Assembly: GCA_025603075.1 (NCBI GenBank)
Contig: MU626367.1
Span: 1 to 64,000 of the forward strand
Direction: 5' to 3'
DNA: 64,000 nt
Origin: Neoconidiobolus thromboides FSU 785
Lineage: Eukaryota; Fungi; Entomophthoromycota
Part shown: positions 13,570-25,336 of the stretch, one piece after another
Layout: each line of letters begins with the position of its first letter
How positions within the stretch are numbered: position 1 is the first letter of the stretch
Position numbers and translations under genes: made by a program
The notes under the pieces: model-generated
Database searches by the model: none
What the model saw: the letters and a program-made list of their open reading frames with translations, nothing else
What the model was told of the DNA's origin: nothing

Positions 13570-14055
13570 TAAGCTTTTACTTTTTTTTAAATAAAAGACT
13601 TCGAGTAGATTTTCATGAGCTCTTTTTATTGCTCAACTGTGTCTCTTTTTCAATTGAAAGCACATGATCGAAAAATCTCTATATTAATTAAGCAACTTAC
13701 CCAAAAATTTTCAAAAGAGCAGATGACCTCAATCCACCGCATAAACTCCAACCAATTATGCAGAACCTCAGTATGCAAGTTGTTTATTTATTGGTTGGAG
13801 TATAAGCTTCATCTTTAGCCGAGTTTAAACCCTAAAAATTAGAAACTTTAATGGATTAAAAATGCGAGCTTAAATGGTGTAAACTAGTTGAGTTTGGTAA
13901 TATGCTAATTATATACGGAATGAGAAAACCCCTTCGATTGTAAGTTGGTGGGACTATTATCCAGGATAATAGTGTAAGAGTGTTGTTTTTTTCGAAAATC
14001 ATCATCTTAAATTTATGATTGTTTAAAAACAAAAATATCTATTAAATTAACAAAT

Positions 14056-14153
14056 GGGGATGTATTTTTGTATTTAAGAATTTTACTAGCAATTTTTCCA
14101 CTTAAATAACGCTTAAAAGATGTAAAAATAATGAAATCAAAAAAAACATCCCC
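14056..14153 (+). mobile_element. MITE copy 3
   Basis: GGGGATGTATTTTTG...CAAAAAAAACATCCCC; TSD AAAT/AAAT. Confidence 0.95.
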
Positions 14154-14813
14154 AAATAAAACACTACTTTTTTAATTAGTTTGGTCATGTTTTGAAGCCT
14201 AAAATTTAAAAAAATTTGAATGATCCAGACTAAACGTGACCAAATTTTTTAGTTTGAATTCTTTTAAGGCTTAAATCATACTATTTTTATAGTATTATCA
14301 AAAGTTTGATAAAAATAATAAAAAGTTTAAACGCACTTACTTTAAACCATTAGCAGTGAAATAACAAAACAAAAGTGATTCCCACATTATTTTTAACAAC
14401 TGTACAGGGTGTAATTTCGATGGATGAAATTCTTAAGCTCTATATTAATTGCATTAAGTTTCCTTTGATATTAAAATTAACTCATGTACTTAAACTAATA
14501 ATGAAATATTTGATTAAAGATTAATATTTTATGTTTTATATTTTATGTATTCTATTTTTTATTTTTCAACTACTACAATAAATGGTGTCTCATGTTTAAC
14601 AAATTTGCTGATTATTAAACAGAAGTTTAGTTTTATGGACCAAACTAAATTAGCACTGCTTTTAATGATTTATGTATTATAAAATATCAAGCATTGAGAA
14701 TTTATAAAATCTGTTTGAAATTTATCTTTTGCAAATTGTATATTTAAAAAACATCATTAAAAATCTACGAATTGAACATAATGAATTATTTATTATACTT
14801 TTAAATTAAAAGA

Positions 14814-17800
14814 TTAGGCATGTACTAATTCGTGGTTAAAGATAGGGATGGAAGGAGCAGGGGCCTTGGTTGGAAACTCCTTAGCTAGATTAGAATCATA
14901 GACGAAACCATTAAGTACAACCTTCTCAATCTTTCTAGAGTTATCAATAGATTTGAGTGGTGAATTTTCACTCTTATAAATAACCAAATCAGCTAAGAAA
15001 CCAGGCTTAAGTTGACCAACACCATGGAGACCAAGGGATTGAGCAGGGTTACGAGTGGCAACTTTAAGTACTTCATAATTGGTAAGGTTACCTTGAGAAA
15101 AGAATTTTAACTCCCAATGATAACCAACGCCCTTTCTTTGTCCATGAGCACCTGCATTGACAAGACCGCCTTGGCGGATGACATCACGAGTAGAACGAGC
15201 AATTTCAAAATGAACATAATCCCTATCATCAGCAGCTGGTCTACGGAATGTATCAGCTTCAAGTGGACGAAGTGGATGGAATTCTCTAAGATTACTTTCT
15301 TCCCATACATTGGTATTTTGGTAAGCCCAGTTTTCACCCATAATACCACCATAAGATACAATAAGAGTTGGGGTCCAAGCAGTACCAGCTTTAGCAAATA
15401 ATTGGATGATATCTTGATAAATAGTACCACTTGGAAGAGAATGCTCAATAGTGGTATGGCCATCAATAATTTGATTAATATTCCAATAACCATTCATACC
15501 GCCTTCAGGTACAACAGTAACACCAAGTTTTCTAGCAGCTTCAAGAACCATTTGACGGGCTGAACGGGCAGGTTGATTGTAAGATTTTACTGACCAAGCA
15601 CCATATGATTTATGGCGACGAAGAGCAGATAAAGCGTCTTCAATAGAGTTAATTTCAACTCTATAAGGACCAGCAGCACCATAAAGAATAGAACCAGTAC
15701 CAAATAATCTTGGAGCAACCAATCTACCGGAGCGCTCATAATCTTGTTCAACATAATTATCAACATTATCATAAGATGGGTTGTGTTGAGTAGTAACACC
15801 GTAAGCAAGTTGAAGTTGCTGTTCCCAATGGCCTTGAACTGGGAATTGAGGAGTATTCCAATGGGCATGAGCATCGATGAAACCTGGAACTACAACACCA
15901 CCATTGAGGTTATAAACTTTAGCATTTTGTGGAATTTTAGTATCCCAGGTTCTACCAACGGAAAGAATTTTATTGCCTTTAACTACAAGACGACCGTCTT
16001 TAATGATATCTTTCTTTTCATCTCCAGTTTGCATAGTAACAATAACAGCATTATCAAGAACAAATACATCGTCATCACTTGGTTTGTTGGTTTTAAGGAC
16101 AACTGAAAGATCGTGCTTCTTTAATAAGTCTTTAGCACAATCAGCACCAAATTTATTGGTATCTTGAGCAGCAACGGCACCACATTTAGCTTGAACGGCG
16201 GCGATATCAGCTTCATATAAAGAAGAACCTAAAAGATAATAGACCCTTCCATTACTAATGATAGGGTATTCACCACCATCAGAGGTAAGTCTAACAACAT
16301 CTTTTGGTTGAGAACCAGGTTTAGACCAATAAACGAATTTTGGATCAGCTGAAGCTGAAGAAAGGAAAACATGATGATATTGGTTGAAAATAAATTTGGA
16401 AGCGTCGAAAGATACATCTGATCCTTGGTAAGAGTCTTTAACTGAACCATAGCTGACTGATTCTTGAGTATTGATATCAAAGATATATGGGCTGTTTGTA
16501 ACACCAGAAATCTTTAATTTTTTGCCATCAGCAGAGAACTTAGCTTGAGCAGATTCGAATGGAATGTTTAATTTGAAAGAGTCTTTAACAAGTTGGTAGC
16601 TTGAATCAATTTGACCAATGTATACACCTGGTTTAGTAGTATATAAAGAGTTCCCTGAAATGTCATCACCGGATGATTTGGTTACAGCAATAGATTTACT
16701 GTCATGAGATAAAGAAAAAAAGTCATATCTACCAGGTGGTAATTTTACTTCAGAAACAACCTTGTTTTGTTTGAGATCAAGGATTTCAACAGTGGTCATG
16801 TTTTTGTCACTCCATCTTCCTTGGATAACGATGTTAGAGTCAGTAGGATGGAAGTTAGGGCTATAGCGATTTTGTTCTGAACTTGGAAGTTTAATTTCCT
16901 CAATCTTTCCACTTTCTAAATCTTTGACATAAGTTTTTCCAACAACTACAAAGACTACTTTTTTTCCGTCATGAGAAACATCATAATATTTGACAGCAGC
17001 GTTTTTGAATTCACCATTACAATTAAAGTCAACTAAATCAATCTTTGGACGAACAGTTTCAGCAATGTCTAAGTTAACATCAACTTCAAAAGGAATTTCC
17101 TTAATTGGTCTAGAGTCAACTGGGACATTCCAAAGCTTTCCTTTAGCCCAAATAATGATAGATTGATCATCTTTGGTCCATGAAAAACGAGGATAGACAC
17201 CGTTGGAAGCGCTAGATTCTTGGTTATCACGGGATAAACCTTCCCAGAGAATTTTCTCATTACCAGTTTCGAGTTCGCGTACAACTAATCCCCAATTAAA
17301 TTCAATTTTACGTACAAAGGCCAAATATTTGCCACTGTTGGATGGAGTAGGACGAGCAGCACCACCAGTTCCGCCAGTAACGGTTTCCTTTTCTTGGGAA
17401 GTAGTATTAAAGGAGTAAATGTTAAAGATACCCTTATGTGGGTCTTTACTATATTGCCATCTGCCCTTATCAACGCTATTACCAGAGTAATAAATAAGGT
17501 CAGGGTGATTAGGGTCATAAATTGGCTCTTCAACACCTACTTGTTCATTAACAGCACCAATTAATTTGGTAGCTTTCTTTGTTGCAAGATCATATTCATG
17601 GATAGTACCAGCTGGAATGGAACGTGAAGAAGTATACCATTTGACACCAACAACTTTATCACCCTTTGGAGACCAATGACCATTAGTAACAAAACGGTAA
17701 TTTTCATTACTGATTTGAGTTGGGTTACTCTTACCATCTCTATCAACAGTCCAAAGATTATCAATTCCAGAGCGATCTGAAGTGAATAAAATACGTTTAC

Positions 17801-18191
17801 CATCTTTAGAGTATTTAGCTTGAACTTCAAAAGAAGGACCAGTAAGGAGAGGTTTAGCTTTCCCACCAGTTACTGGGAGGGTGTAGATATCACCAAGAAC
17901 ATCAAAAAGAAGCTCACCACCATCTGGACTGACATCAACATTAACCCAGGTAGCTTCTTTAACTTTATAGCCAAGTTTTTTATTCAAGGATTTTTTAATG
18001 TCCCATTCACCAAGTGGACGAAGTGGGAGTTCATCATTGTCTTTACCAGCTTTACCGTCATCAGCTTGAGGACCAGCATTACTGACAGTCTCTGGAGAGT
18101 AATGATCACCAAATTGACCAGTACCGTGTGAAAGTACTAATCCAATACTTCCACCTAACAAATATATTACAGAGGGATTAAATTTCACCAT
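14814..18191 (-). CDS. Secreted TolB/PD40 beta-propeller + metal-dependent amidohydrolase fusion protein
   Basis: 1125-aa intronless ORF; signal peptide; repeated SPDG/SKDG/SHDG propeller motifs; GFIDAHAH metal motif, KSYNQ, TIEHS, GAHGQ and C-terminal GQLKPGFLADLV. Confidence 0.85.
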   Translation of the reverse strand: MVKFNPSVIYLLGGSIGLVLSHGTGQFGDHYSPETVSNAGPQADDGKAGKDNDELPLRPLGEWDIKKSLNKKLGYKVKEATWVNVDVSPDGGELLFDVLGDIYTLPVTGGKAKPLLTGPSFEVQAKYSKDGKRILFTSDRSGIDNLWTVDRDGKSNPTQISNENYRFVTNGHWSPKGDKVVGVKWYTSSRSIPAGTIHEYDLATKKATKLIGAVNEQVGVEEPIYDPNHPDLIYYSGNSVDKGRWQYSKDPHKGIFNIYSFNTTSQEKETVTGGTGGAARPTPSNSGKYLAFVRKIEFNWGLVVRELETGNEKILWEGLSRDNQESSASNGVYPRFSWTKDDQSIIIWAKGKLWNVPVDSRPIKEIPFEVDVNLDIAETVRPKIDLVDFNCNGEFKNAAVKYYDVSHDGKKVVFVVVGKTYVKDLESGKIEEIKLPSSEQNRYSPNFHPTDSNIVIQGRWSDKNMTTVEILDLKQNKVVSEVKLPPGRYDFFSLSHDSKSIAVTKSSGDDISGNSLYTTKPGVYIGQIDSSYQLVKDSFKLNIPFESAQAKFSADGKKLKISGVTNSPYIFDINTQESVSYGSVKDSYQGSDVSFDASKFIFNQYHHVFLSSASADPKFVYWSKPGSQPKDVVRLTSDGGEYPIISNGRVYYLLGSSLYEADIAAVQAKCGAVAAQDTNKFGADCAKDLLKKHDLSVVLKTNKPSDDDVFVLDNAVIVTMQTGDEKKDIIKDGRLVVKGNKILSVGRTWDTKIPQNAKVYNLNGGVVVPGFIDAHAHWNTPQFPVQGHWEQQLQLAYGVTTQHNPSYDNVDNYVEQDYERSGRLVAPRLFGTGSILYGAAGPYRVEINSIEDALSALRRHKSYGAWSVKSYNQPARSARQMVLEAARKLGVTVVPEGGMNGYWNINQIIDGHTTIEHSLPSGTIYQDIIQLFAKAGTAWTPTLIVSYGGIMGENWAYQNTNVWEESNLREFHPLRPLEADTFRRPAADDRDYVHFEIARSTRDVIRQGGLVNAGAHGQRKGVGYHWELKFFSQGNLTNYEVLKVATRNPAQSLGLHGVGQLKPGFLADLVIYKSENSPLKSIDNSRKIEKVVLNGFVYDSNLAKEFPTKAPAPSIPIFNHELVHA

Positions 18192-19425
18192 ATTAAAAAA
18201 AGCTATATATTAATGAGATATACAAAGGATAAAAAAAATTAGATAGATTCAAACTAAAGGTTTGTTTTCCATTAGATTGCTATTTCAGACACTTATATAT
18301 CCATCTTTTATTAGGCAAGATTTTTTTAACTGTGTAATATTAGGTATGATTTAAATAAGAAATCAAATGACTTAAATAATTTACTACTTTTAGCTCAAAA
18401 ATCTCGTATTTGACAACAAATGACTTTCAAGTCTTCGATAGATTATATTGGCGTAATCAAATGATGTAGTTTTTGAGAATAATTAGAAATCGAATATTCA
18501 AATTTCGAAAACATAGGAATAATAGGCAAGAAGATATATTATTCTTTAACTGTGAAAGCGCTTTTTTTCATCTTCTTGAACCTTCTATAGAGAGTATTGA
18601 TACTATACTCAACCATTAAATTATATAATCTATCTCTACTCATCAGATCGTTATATTCTATAAAAGCTTGATAACTAAAAATATCTTGTTTGTTTTTTAG
18701 ACTCGTGATCTCCCACCTGAACAAAAAAATATTAGTTCCTAAGCTTAAAGGTAAAAAAATAGTCAATAAAACTCAATGGTTCGAAGAATTTAAAGAATAG
18801 TTAAAACTCAAATTAGAAATAATCGTCGAAAATTAAGATGGATATTGTATCATTCCTTTATTAATTTATTCTTACTGTTTTCTCAATGTATTAATATGAT
18901 TTTTAATTTAATACGTTTTTTATAAATGATATAGCTTTATTAAAACTGCCCAAAACAACATAAAATTATTTTTAGTATCTTACATTTATTATTATATGTT
19001 TTATTTTTTACACGATATGAAGTTTATAATCTTTGAACATTTGTATGAAAATTTAATATTTATATAAAACATTGTATCCCTTTTTTCATATCATGATAAA
19101 GATTTTATATTACTAACAGAAGTTGCTGGACTTTTCTTAATTTATATATTTTATAACGTGCCTTTGAAGAAATTATAGGTATTTTTATGGTGTCATAATA
19201 CAGTAAAAAAACGGAAGCTGGGAGGAGTTGATAATAATTCACATATTTAAAAACATTTATATCTTGTTACTTTTATTTAATCTTTTTAGCAAAACTGATT
19301 TTTTTAAAATTTTGAAAGTAAACTCCCGAGTGGTTTATTATTGGGGCTAAATAAAATTATAAAGAAACTGAATAATAAATAAACGAGTGAAGGATGAGGG
19401 GAAGCAAGAGTGAGAAGGAGGATAT

Positions 19426-19526
19426 GCGGATGTATTTTTGTGTTTAAGAATTTTTCTGATAATTTTTCCACTCAAATAATGCCACTTAAAAAATGGAAAA
19501 AGTAATGAAGCCAAAAAAACACCCCC
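19426..19526 (+). mobile_element. MITE copy 4
   Basis: GCGGATGTATTTTTG...ACACCCCC; TSD ATAT/ATAT. Confidence 0.9.
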
Positions 19527-19959
19527 ATATTATGTTAAGATTAGAAAATTTGTTAATTTGGCGTTATTGAAAAACATTACTGATTTTAGTTTAGAAACGA
19601 TAATAATTATAATTAAAATATTGGTTATAATTAACGATAATTATATTGAAATTGATAACAAAGTAAATGACGTTTAGTTTATAAACTTTAATAATGATTG
19701 TTTTAACCTCCTAAACATTGTAATTGCAACTAATATTAAATGTTGTTTTATTATAGAGTTAAAAAGTAAATAAATTTATACAAATTAAAACTTTTAATAA
19801 AAATGACTAGTAAAAAAACCCAAATAATTGTATTAAATTGAAAAATAACCAAAACAGAACATGATTATCATAATAAGTTCATGAAAATTAACAAACATCA
19901 ATATAATTTTTTATTTTCATAAAGTATACATCATATTCATCGATGCTTATATATTCTCA

Positions 19960-20700
19960 GTTCTCTACCAAGATGAAAGAATAGGTCTAAATCTAATCAT
20001 CGATTTAGGATACTAATTGAAATTTTCTATATTAAGTAAATAGTTCATTCACTGAAATAAAATATTAAAAATCAACTTGAAAGCTTTAGCTTGATTTATA
20101 TTAACTATAGCAATAATTTTCTATATTAAATGACCTTTGAGCTTCTTTATTCTTACAATTATGTAAATTAATAAAGACACTTAATCGCTTAGATCAAATA
20201 TTTACAAAAATAGTAGTTTTTCAATCGAGCATTTAACACTAAAACTGTGCGGTATTAATGTTCTTAATTATATGGGGCTATTTTTTTTTGTTTCATTATT
20301 TTTCCATTTTTTAAGCGCTATTTGAGCGGAAAGATTGTAGTAAAATTCTTAAACAAAAAAATACACCCCCATATAGATAAAATTATTAGTAATGGCGAAT
20401 AGGGCTAACAGCTACAAGGATTGAAAGTGCCACTATATTTGTTGAAACACTATTTGCATCAGAAGTAAAGAATATGTGTGTTGTTATTATTGGACAAAAT
20501 GCATATTTAGATTATGCTTTAAAGGGCATAATGATAGTTGATAAGGAGCCTTTTAATATTGGAGGAATTAGCTTGGAAGAAACTGAAGATGTTATTAATG
20601 ATAAGGATCTTTTAGCAATTTGAGAAAGATATAAAAATATTTTTGTTATCTTGATGAAAATTATAGCTACTTTTTAGCAGATTTTGAATTTCTATTCTTG
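19960..20700 (+). pseudogene. NmrA-like/isoflavone-reductase-like pseudogene interrupted by MITE copy 5
   Basis: Reads SIEHLTLKLCGINVLNY[MITE]IDKIISNGE...LFASEVKNMCVVIIGQNAYL...ISLEETEDVINDKD, colinear with the intact gene at 31712-32669 (MEHLLSELFGIDVPNHKAKIVGSGE...FLPGVKNKFVNIVGENACL...ITLEEAEDVINAKD). Frameshifts and stops are present; the 5' boundary is approximate. Confidence 0.75.
20274..20370 (-). mobile_element. MITE copy 5
   Basis: GGGGCTA...ACACCCCC; TSD ATAT/ATAT; lies inside pseudogene coding sequence. Confidence 0.93.
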
Positions 20701-20946
20701 AAACATCATGATGAACAAACTTTTTACAATTGAAAAAGACTTATAATTATAATTAATTAGTTCTTCCAAAAATTAGCTAAATATATCACATATATCAAAT
20801 TTTGTTCCAATTTAAATCACCTATATTTCGTATAATACATACTAAATAAAAAATTACTTAATTCATAAATATACAATTTTTTATCTGAAATGCTAGCGTA
20901 GCAATCATTGACATCACTCATCTACAATGTCCAGGATTCAAAATAT

Positions 20947-21043
20947 GGGAATGTTTTTTTGACTTCACTACTTTTTCCATCTTTTAAGCACTATTAAGCG
21001 GAAAATTTGTTAGTAAAATTCTTAAACACAAAAATACATCCCC
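20947..21043 (-). mobile_element. MITE copy 6
   Basis: GGGAATGTTTTTTTG...TACATCCCC; TSD ATAT/ATAT. Confidence 0.95.
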
Positions 21044-21358
21044 ATATCCTCAATAGGGGCTATATTGGTGTTTAATAACAAACTATGATGTAATACTTTT
21101 AAGTGATTTTTACATATTAATATATTTATAACGCGCTTTATATTTCGAAATAGAGTTAATGACTTTATTGATGTTGAATATTTTAGACTTTTACGCTTTA
21201 TTATTAAATCTATTGTATTTTTTTTCATATCATAAACCAAAGAGTTATTAAAAAAACATCGTAAAATATGATAAGACTGTTTTAATACAACTCTTGTACA
21301 TTTTATTAATAAAGTGTAGGCATATAAATACATAATAATATACAGATTTCCATAATAT

Positions 21359-21430
21359 GGATCCATGGTGTAATGGTTAGCACCCAAGGTTTTGATCCTT
21401 GTAATCCGAGTTCGATTCTCGGTGGGTCCT
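21359..21430 (+). tRNA. tRNA-Gln (anticodon TTG)
   Basis: 72 nt; acceptor stem GGATCCA/TGGGTCC; A box TGGTGTAATGG; anticodon arm CAAGG-TTTTGAT-CCTTG; T arm GAGTTCGATTCTC. Confidence 0.95.
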
Positions 21431-21965
21431 TATATTTTAGTAAACTAATATTTTTAGTAATTCATTTAAACTATTGTCTGACCAATAAAGGTATACTTTT
21501 TTAATTTCATAAATTGATAGTTTGCTGATTACAGTTAAAAAATAAACTTTAATATCTTTAAAATTAGTAGCTATCACCTGATTTTATTAGCATTTTGTTT
21601 TATAAGCTGGGTAACTTGATTTTTATTGAATATAACACTAAATAAAGCACTTGTTTTATGTTTAGCTATCTGTTTTATAAATCAAATCCTCATTGTACTC
21701 TTTATTGGATCTATCTTAACCTCTATGTGTTTTTAATTCTTTTACTACAACTTTTTTAAAGATAAACTATACTTTTAACTTAATGTCTGATATGTTATCA
21801 AAATAATAAAAACAAAGCACTTGTTGTTTGTTTCATTATTCAACCATATCATTTATATTAACTATTATTGTATACAAAATTTATACAGGTGGACAAAAAA
21901 TAAAACAAAATAACTATAAACTAAACAATTTTTTATGAAATGCATCATACTGAACTCTTCCTATT

Positions 21966-23585
21966 TTAACCGCAACGTCCTGGATTTAAAACACACCAAA
22001 GAGGTTGAAGAGCTTGAGCATTAAAGCCACGATCTGTCAAACGGAAGCGGAAGTTATTTAAACGATCCAAAATAAACTTTGGACTAATCATTTGATTGCT
22101 TTTATCTTTATTACCATACCAAAGGACTTCACCAGCAACGGCAGTACGTGGCCAAATTAAAGGGTCTAAATTAAAATGATCTGTTTGTTCACTCCACATA
22201 GCGACTTCACCACCATGAATTAATTTATATTGATTTGGTTCAATTTTATCAAACAAATCATAACTATAAATTATTTGCCATGATTTATAAGGATCACACC
22301 ACGAATTCCCTGTACCTACACCAATCCATTCACCACGTCCACAATCTAAATACCAGTATTTATATGAAGAGCTAATTACTTTATAACCTAAATCAACAAT
22401 CTTTTTTGCATCCGAAGCATCTAACCAGGCATGAATTAAACTATCTTTGGGTAATTCTACTTTATGATTTAATAGCATTTCTTGATAAACCATGACTTTT
22501 CTCTTATTATCCATAGCTCTTTTATGCATATCTTTAGCAAAAGATTCTAATAAATCATTATAAGTAACATTATGTTTACTAACATAATCCACAATCTTAG
22601 GTGAACTCTTCCAACAGTTTAAATTAACTTCATCTCCAGATAAATGCATATATTTATCTTTAAAGACAGTTGAGAATTCATCAATTAAATCATTAACTAT
22701 TTTTTTAGATAAAGGATTAGTTGGATCAATTTGTCCACTGGGTGGTTGCATTGCATTATCCCACCAAGCATCTTTATCCATACATACGCCAATTTCTGGA
22801 TAAGCTACTCCCATAGCATAAGAATGAGCAGGTGCTTCTAATTCAGGTATAATCCTAATACCACGATCTAAACCATATTCAACTAATTCTTTAATATCTT
22901 CCATTGAATAAACTTGTCCTGGTAATAGAGAACCTTTTTGCCATAATATTGGATGCTTTTTAGACATAAATGGAAAACTATTAGAATCCGTAAGATGCCA
23001 GTGAAATACATTCATTTTACTATAACCTAATCCATCAATGGTTTTCTTTAAAGTGGCTAACGGATAATAATTTCTACTAGTATCCAATAGCAAACCACGA
23101 TGTGGTAACTTTGGATAGTCTTTAATATAAATAGGAGTATTAGATATAAACTTCTTTCCATTTTTAAATTGAACCATTTGTTGAAAAGATTCTAAGCCAC
23201 GAATAACACCATAAACGGATTTAGCTTCTAAAGTACCACTACCATCTTCTTTAATATTAAGAATATAAGATTCATCCGTTTCATCATCAAATTTATCATC
23301 AGTGTTTTCAACTTTAACATTCAATTGACGTAAAACCTTATCATAATCTGAATAAGTGCCTCGAAACTTAGGTACTATAGGGACATACTTTTCTTGTTGA
23401 ATTTGTTGAATTATACGAAAGAATACACGATTTAATCGACCACTGTTTTTATTACTTTGGATATTAAAACCAGAACTTAATAAGACACTCTTTTTTCCTT
23501 CTGTAAATTCTTGAGGTGTTGGAAATAATAAGCTTGGAGTACTTATTATACTATTGATTAAAAATAATACATAAAGTAAATTCAT
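21966..23585 (-). CDS. Secreted beta-N-acetylhexosaminidase (GH20)
   Basis: Signal peptide; HRGLLLDTSRNY, NVFHWHLTDS, HLSGDE (catalytic DE), WYLDCG and GGEVAMWSEQ motifs; intronless. Confidence 0.95.
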   Translation of the reverse strand: MNLLYVLFLINSIISTPSLLFPTPQEFTEGKKSVLLSSGFNIQSNKNSGRLNRVFFRIIQQIQQEKYVPIVPKFRGTYSDYDKVLRQLNVKVENTDDKFDDETDESYILNIKEDGSGTLEAKSVYGVIRGLESFQQMVQFKNGKKFISNTPIYIKDYPKLPHRGLLLDTSRNYYPLATLKKTIDGLGYSKMNVFHWHLTDSNSFPFMSKKHPILWQKGSLLPGQVYSMEDIKELVEYGLDRGIRIIPELEAPAHSYAMGVAYPEIGVCMDKDAWWDNAMQPPSGQIDPTNPLSKKIVNDLIDEFSTVFKDKYMHLSGDEVNLNCWKSSPKIVDYVSKHNVTYNDLLESFAKDMHKRAMDNKRKVMVYQEMLLNHKVELPKDSLIHAWLDASDAKKIVDLGYKVISSSYKYWYLDCGRGEWIGVGTGNSWCDPYKSWQIIYSYDLFDKIEPNQYKLIHGGEVAMWSEQTDHFNLDPLIWPRTAVAGEVLWYGNKDKSNQMISPKFILDRLNNFRFRLTDRGFNAQALQPLWCVLNPGRCG

Positions 23586-24549
23586 TTTGAATGAAATAAA
23601 GTTAAAATTGATATATTAATTTTGATTTTATTTATATACTCTTTGTTTATTTATAATATTTAGTCAATGACTTAATTTAAATGCTCTTTTGAAACGTGGT
23701 TATCAAATGATCCGTCAGTCTTTTTCAGTTTACCGCTGATTTGATTGAATTCAGAACCATTTGGTGATTTCGAAGCTTAGACTTTAACTAAATTTGGGAA
23801 TATGGGGATACAATCTATAACTTAGAACTTTAACTGTTATTGTAGATGATAGCTTTTATTTTTAGGCTTCTATTTTTATAGTCAGGGCATATCCCTAAAT
23901 GTATCTATAATAAAGGACGTATCTATATTCTTAAGCTTCATAATTTAAGCTTTGTTATTAACTTATCAATTCTTCCCTTCAACTTTTTTCGAAAATGTCA
24001 AAACTAGCTTTCGAGTGGTTGATTTTAACAAACAAAAGGAGGTAGAAAGGGAAAATCAAGATTCTTTGTAGCATCAATAACATTTTTTTTCTTTATGACC
24101 AAGTAATAATTATGGGGTTCTGTAGCCTAAAGTGTTTTAATTCTGCATTTGTTTATCAACTATAGTAAAAATCACATACATCAATTAGTGTATAGGACTA
24201 AAGCATTATTGAGCTATATCTAGACAGATTGTTAGAAAAAGACAACGTTAATAAAATATTAGGATCATAACACCTTTTAAACAATTAAATAGTTTTTGTT
24301 AACTAAACAATAGTGTATTGTTTTTGTTTGTAAAATTAAATTTGTTGTATAGCATTATAAATTGAATGCTATTATTTTATAAAATAATTTTAGATTTATT
24401 TTATTACAACAGTAATAACTTATTATGTTACAATCAATTGTTAAATATTAGTAATAACTTAAGTCTCAAAATAACATTTATTTAGTAACAACAATAATAC
24501 TAACATAAAACATAATTAATACTTAAAATTTGCAAGCTTATTTACAGCT

Positions 24550-24645
24550 ATTTTATTTTATATTTATTTTATTTTATATTTATTTTATATTTATTTTATT
24601 TTATATTTATTTTATTATATATTTATTCCATTTTATATTTATTTT
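24550..24645. repeat. AT-rich (TTTTA/TATT)-type microsatellite
   Basis: Directly visible low-complexity run. Confidence 0.75.
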
Positions 24646-24664
24646 GTCCACTTTTCATAGCAAA

Positions 24665-24738
24665 AAATTAAAAAATTTGCTAGTATTTTTCCCACTCAAT
24701 AGTACTTAAAATGAAAAGTAATGAAACCAACACACCCC
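24665..24738 (+). mobile_element. MITE copy 7 (5'-truncated, degenerate)
   Basis: TTTTCCCACTCAATAGTACTTAAAATGAAAAGTAATGAAACCAACACACCCC matches the right two-thirds of the consensus. Confidence 0.7.
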
Positions 24739-25336
24739 TTAGTCATTGAAATAAAAAATACATTCTTATATTATTTAACTTATAAATAGTATTAAAATAA
24801 ATAGAATAACAATTAAACTATAATTACTTAATAATCTTCTTTTTTCAACAATTATAACGCTGATAATATTTATTTCTTTAATATTCAAAAATACAACTAA
24901 TAATACTATTTGATTAATGCTAACAAATTCATCAATTTCATAAAGGACACTCGGAAGAGTACTTGTATATTTTTAATTTTAGTTATAATATGAGTTAAAT
25001 ACTTTATATTGATATTATACAATACTTCAAATAAAGTACAACAGAAATCAATATAAATTCTTATTTTATAAAATAGCTTTATCTCATCATACATTTATTC
25101 ACTAACAAAACAGCAATTAATTATACTAAATAAGTCCAAAATCCTAAATTTTCAAATAATGCTTATCAAATCCAATAAACGCTCATCTTCAATAATAACT
25201 CCAGTTTACATAATAATCAAAGGGGATAATAGTCTGAAATTCTATAAAAAGGGTCTGTTCAACCAATCGTATAAAACCATTCACAACTAGAACCTATATA
25301 ATCAACAAACTTCGAAAATTATTTGTTTTTATAATA

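Noticed and set aside
13821-13837. TAAACCCTAAA as a telomerase RNA template
   Set aside because: An AT-rich 11-mer is plausible by chance in 64 kb, the nearby Sm-like site is on the opposite strand, and this organism's telomere repeat is unknown to me.
15107-18131. Numerous short ORFs overlapping the amidohydrolase (and similarly CHS, Atg22, thioesterase, Lsm7, shugoshin-like)
   Set aside because: Shadow or antisense frames of real genes.
21022-21387. ORFs containing GANHYTMDPY (also 30634-30846)
   Set aside because: The shared peptide is just the antisense translation of tRNA-Gln.
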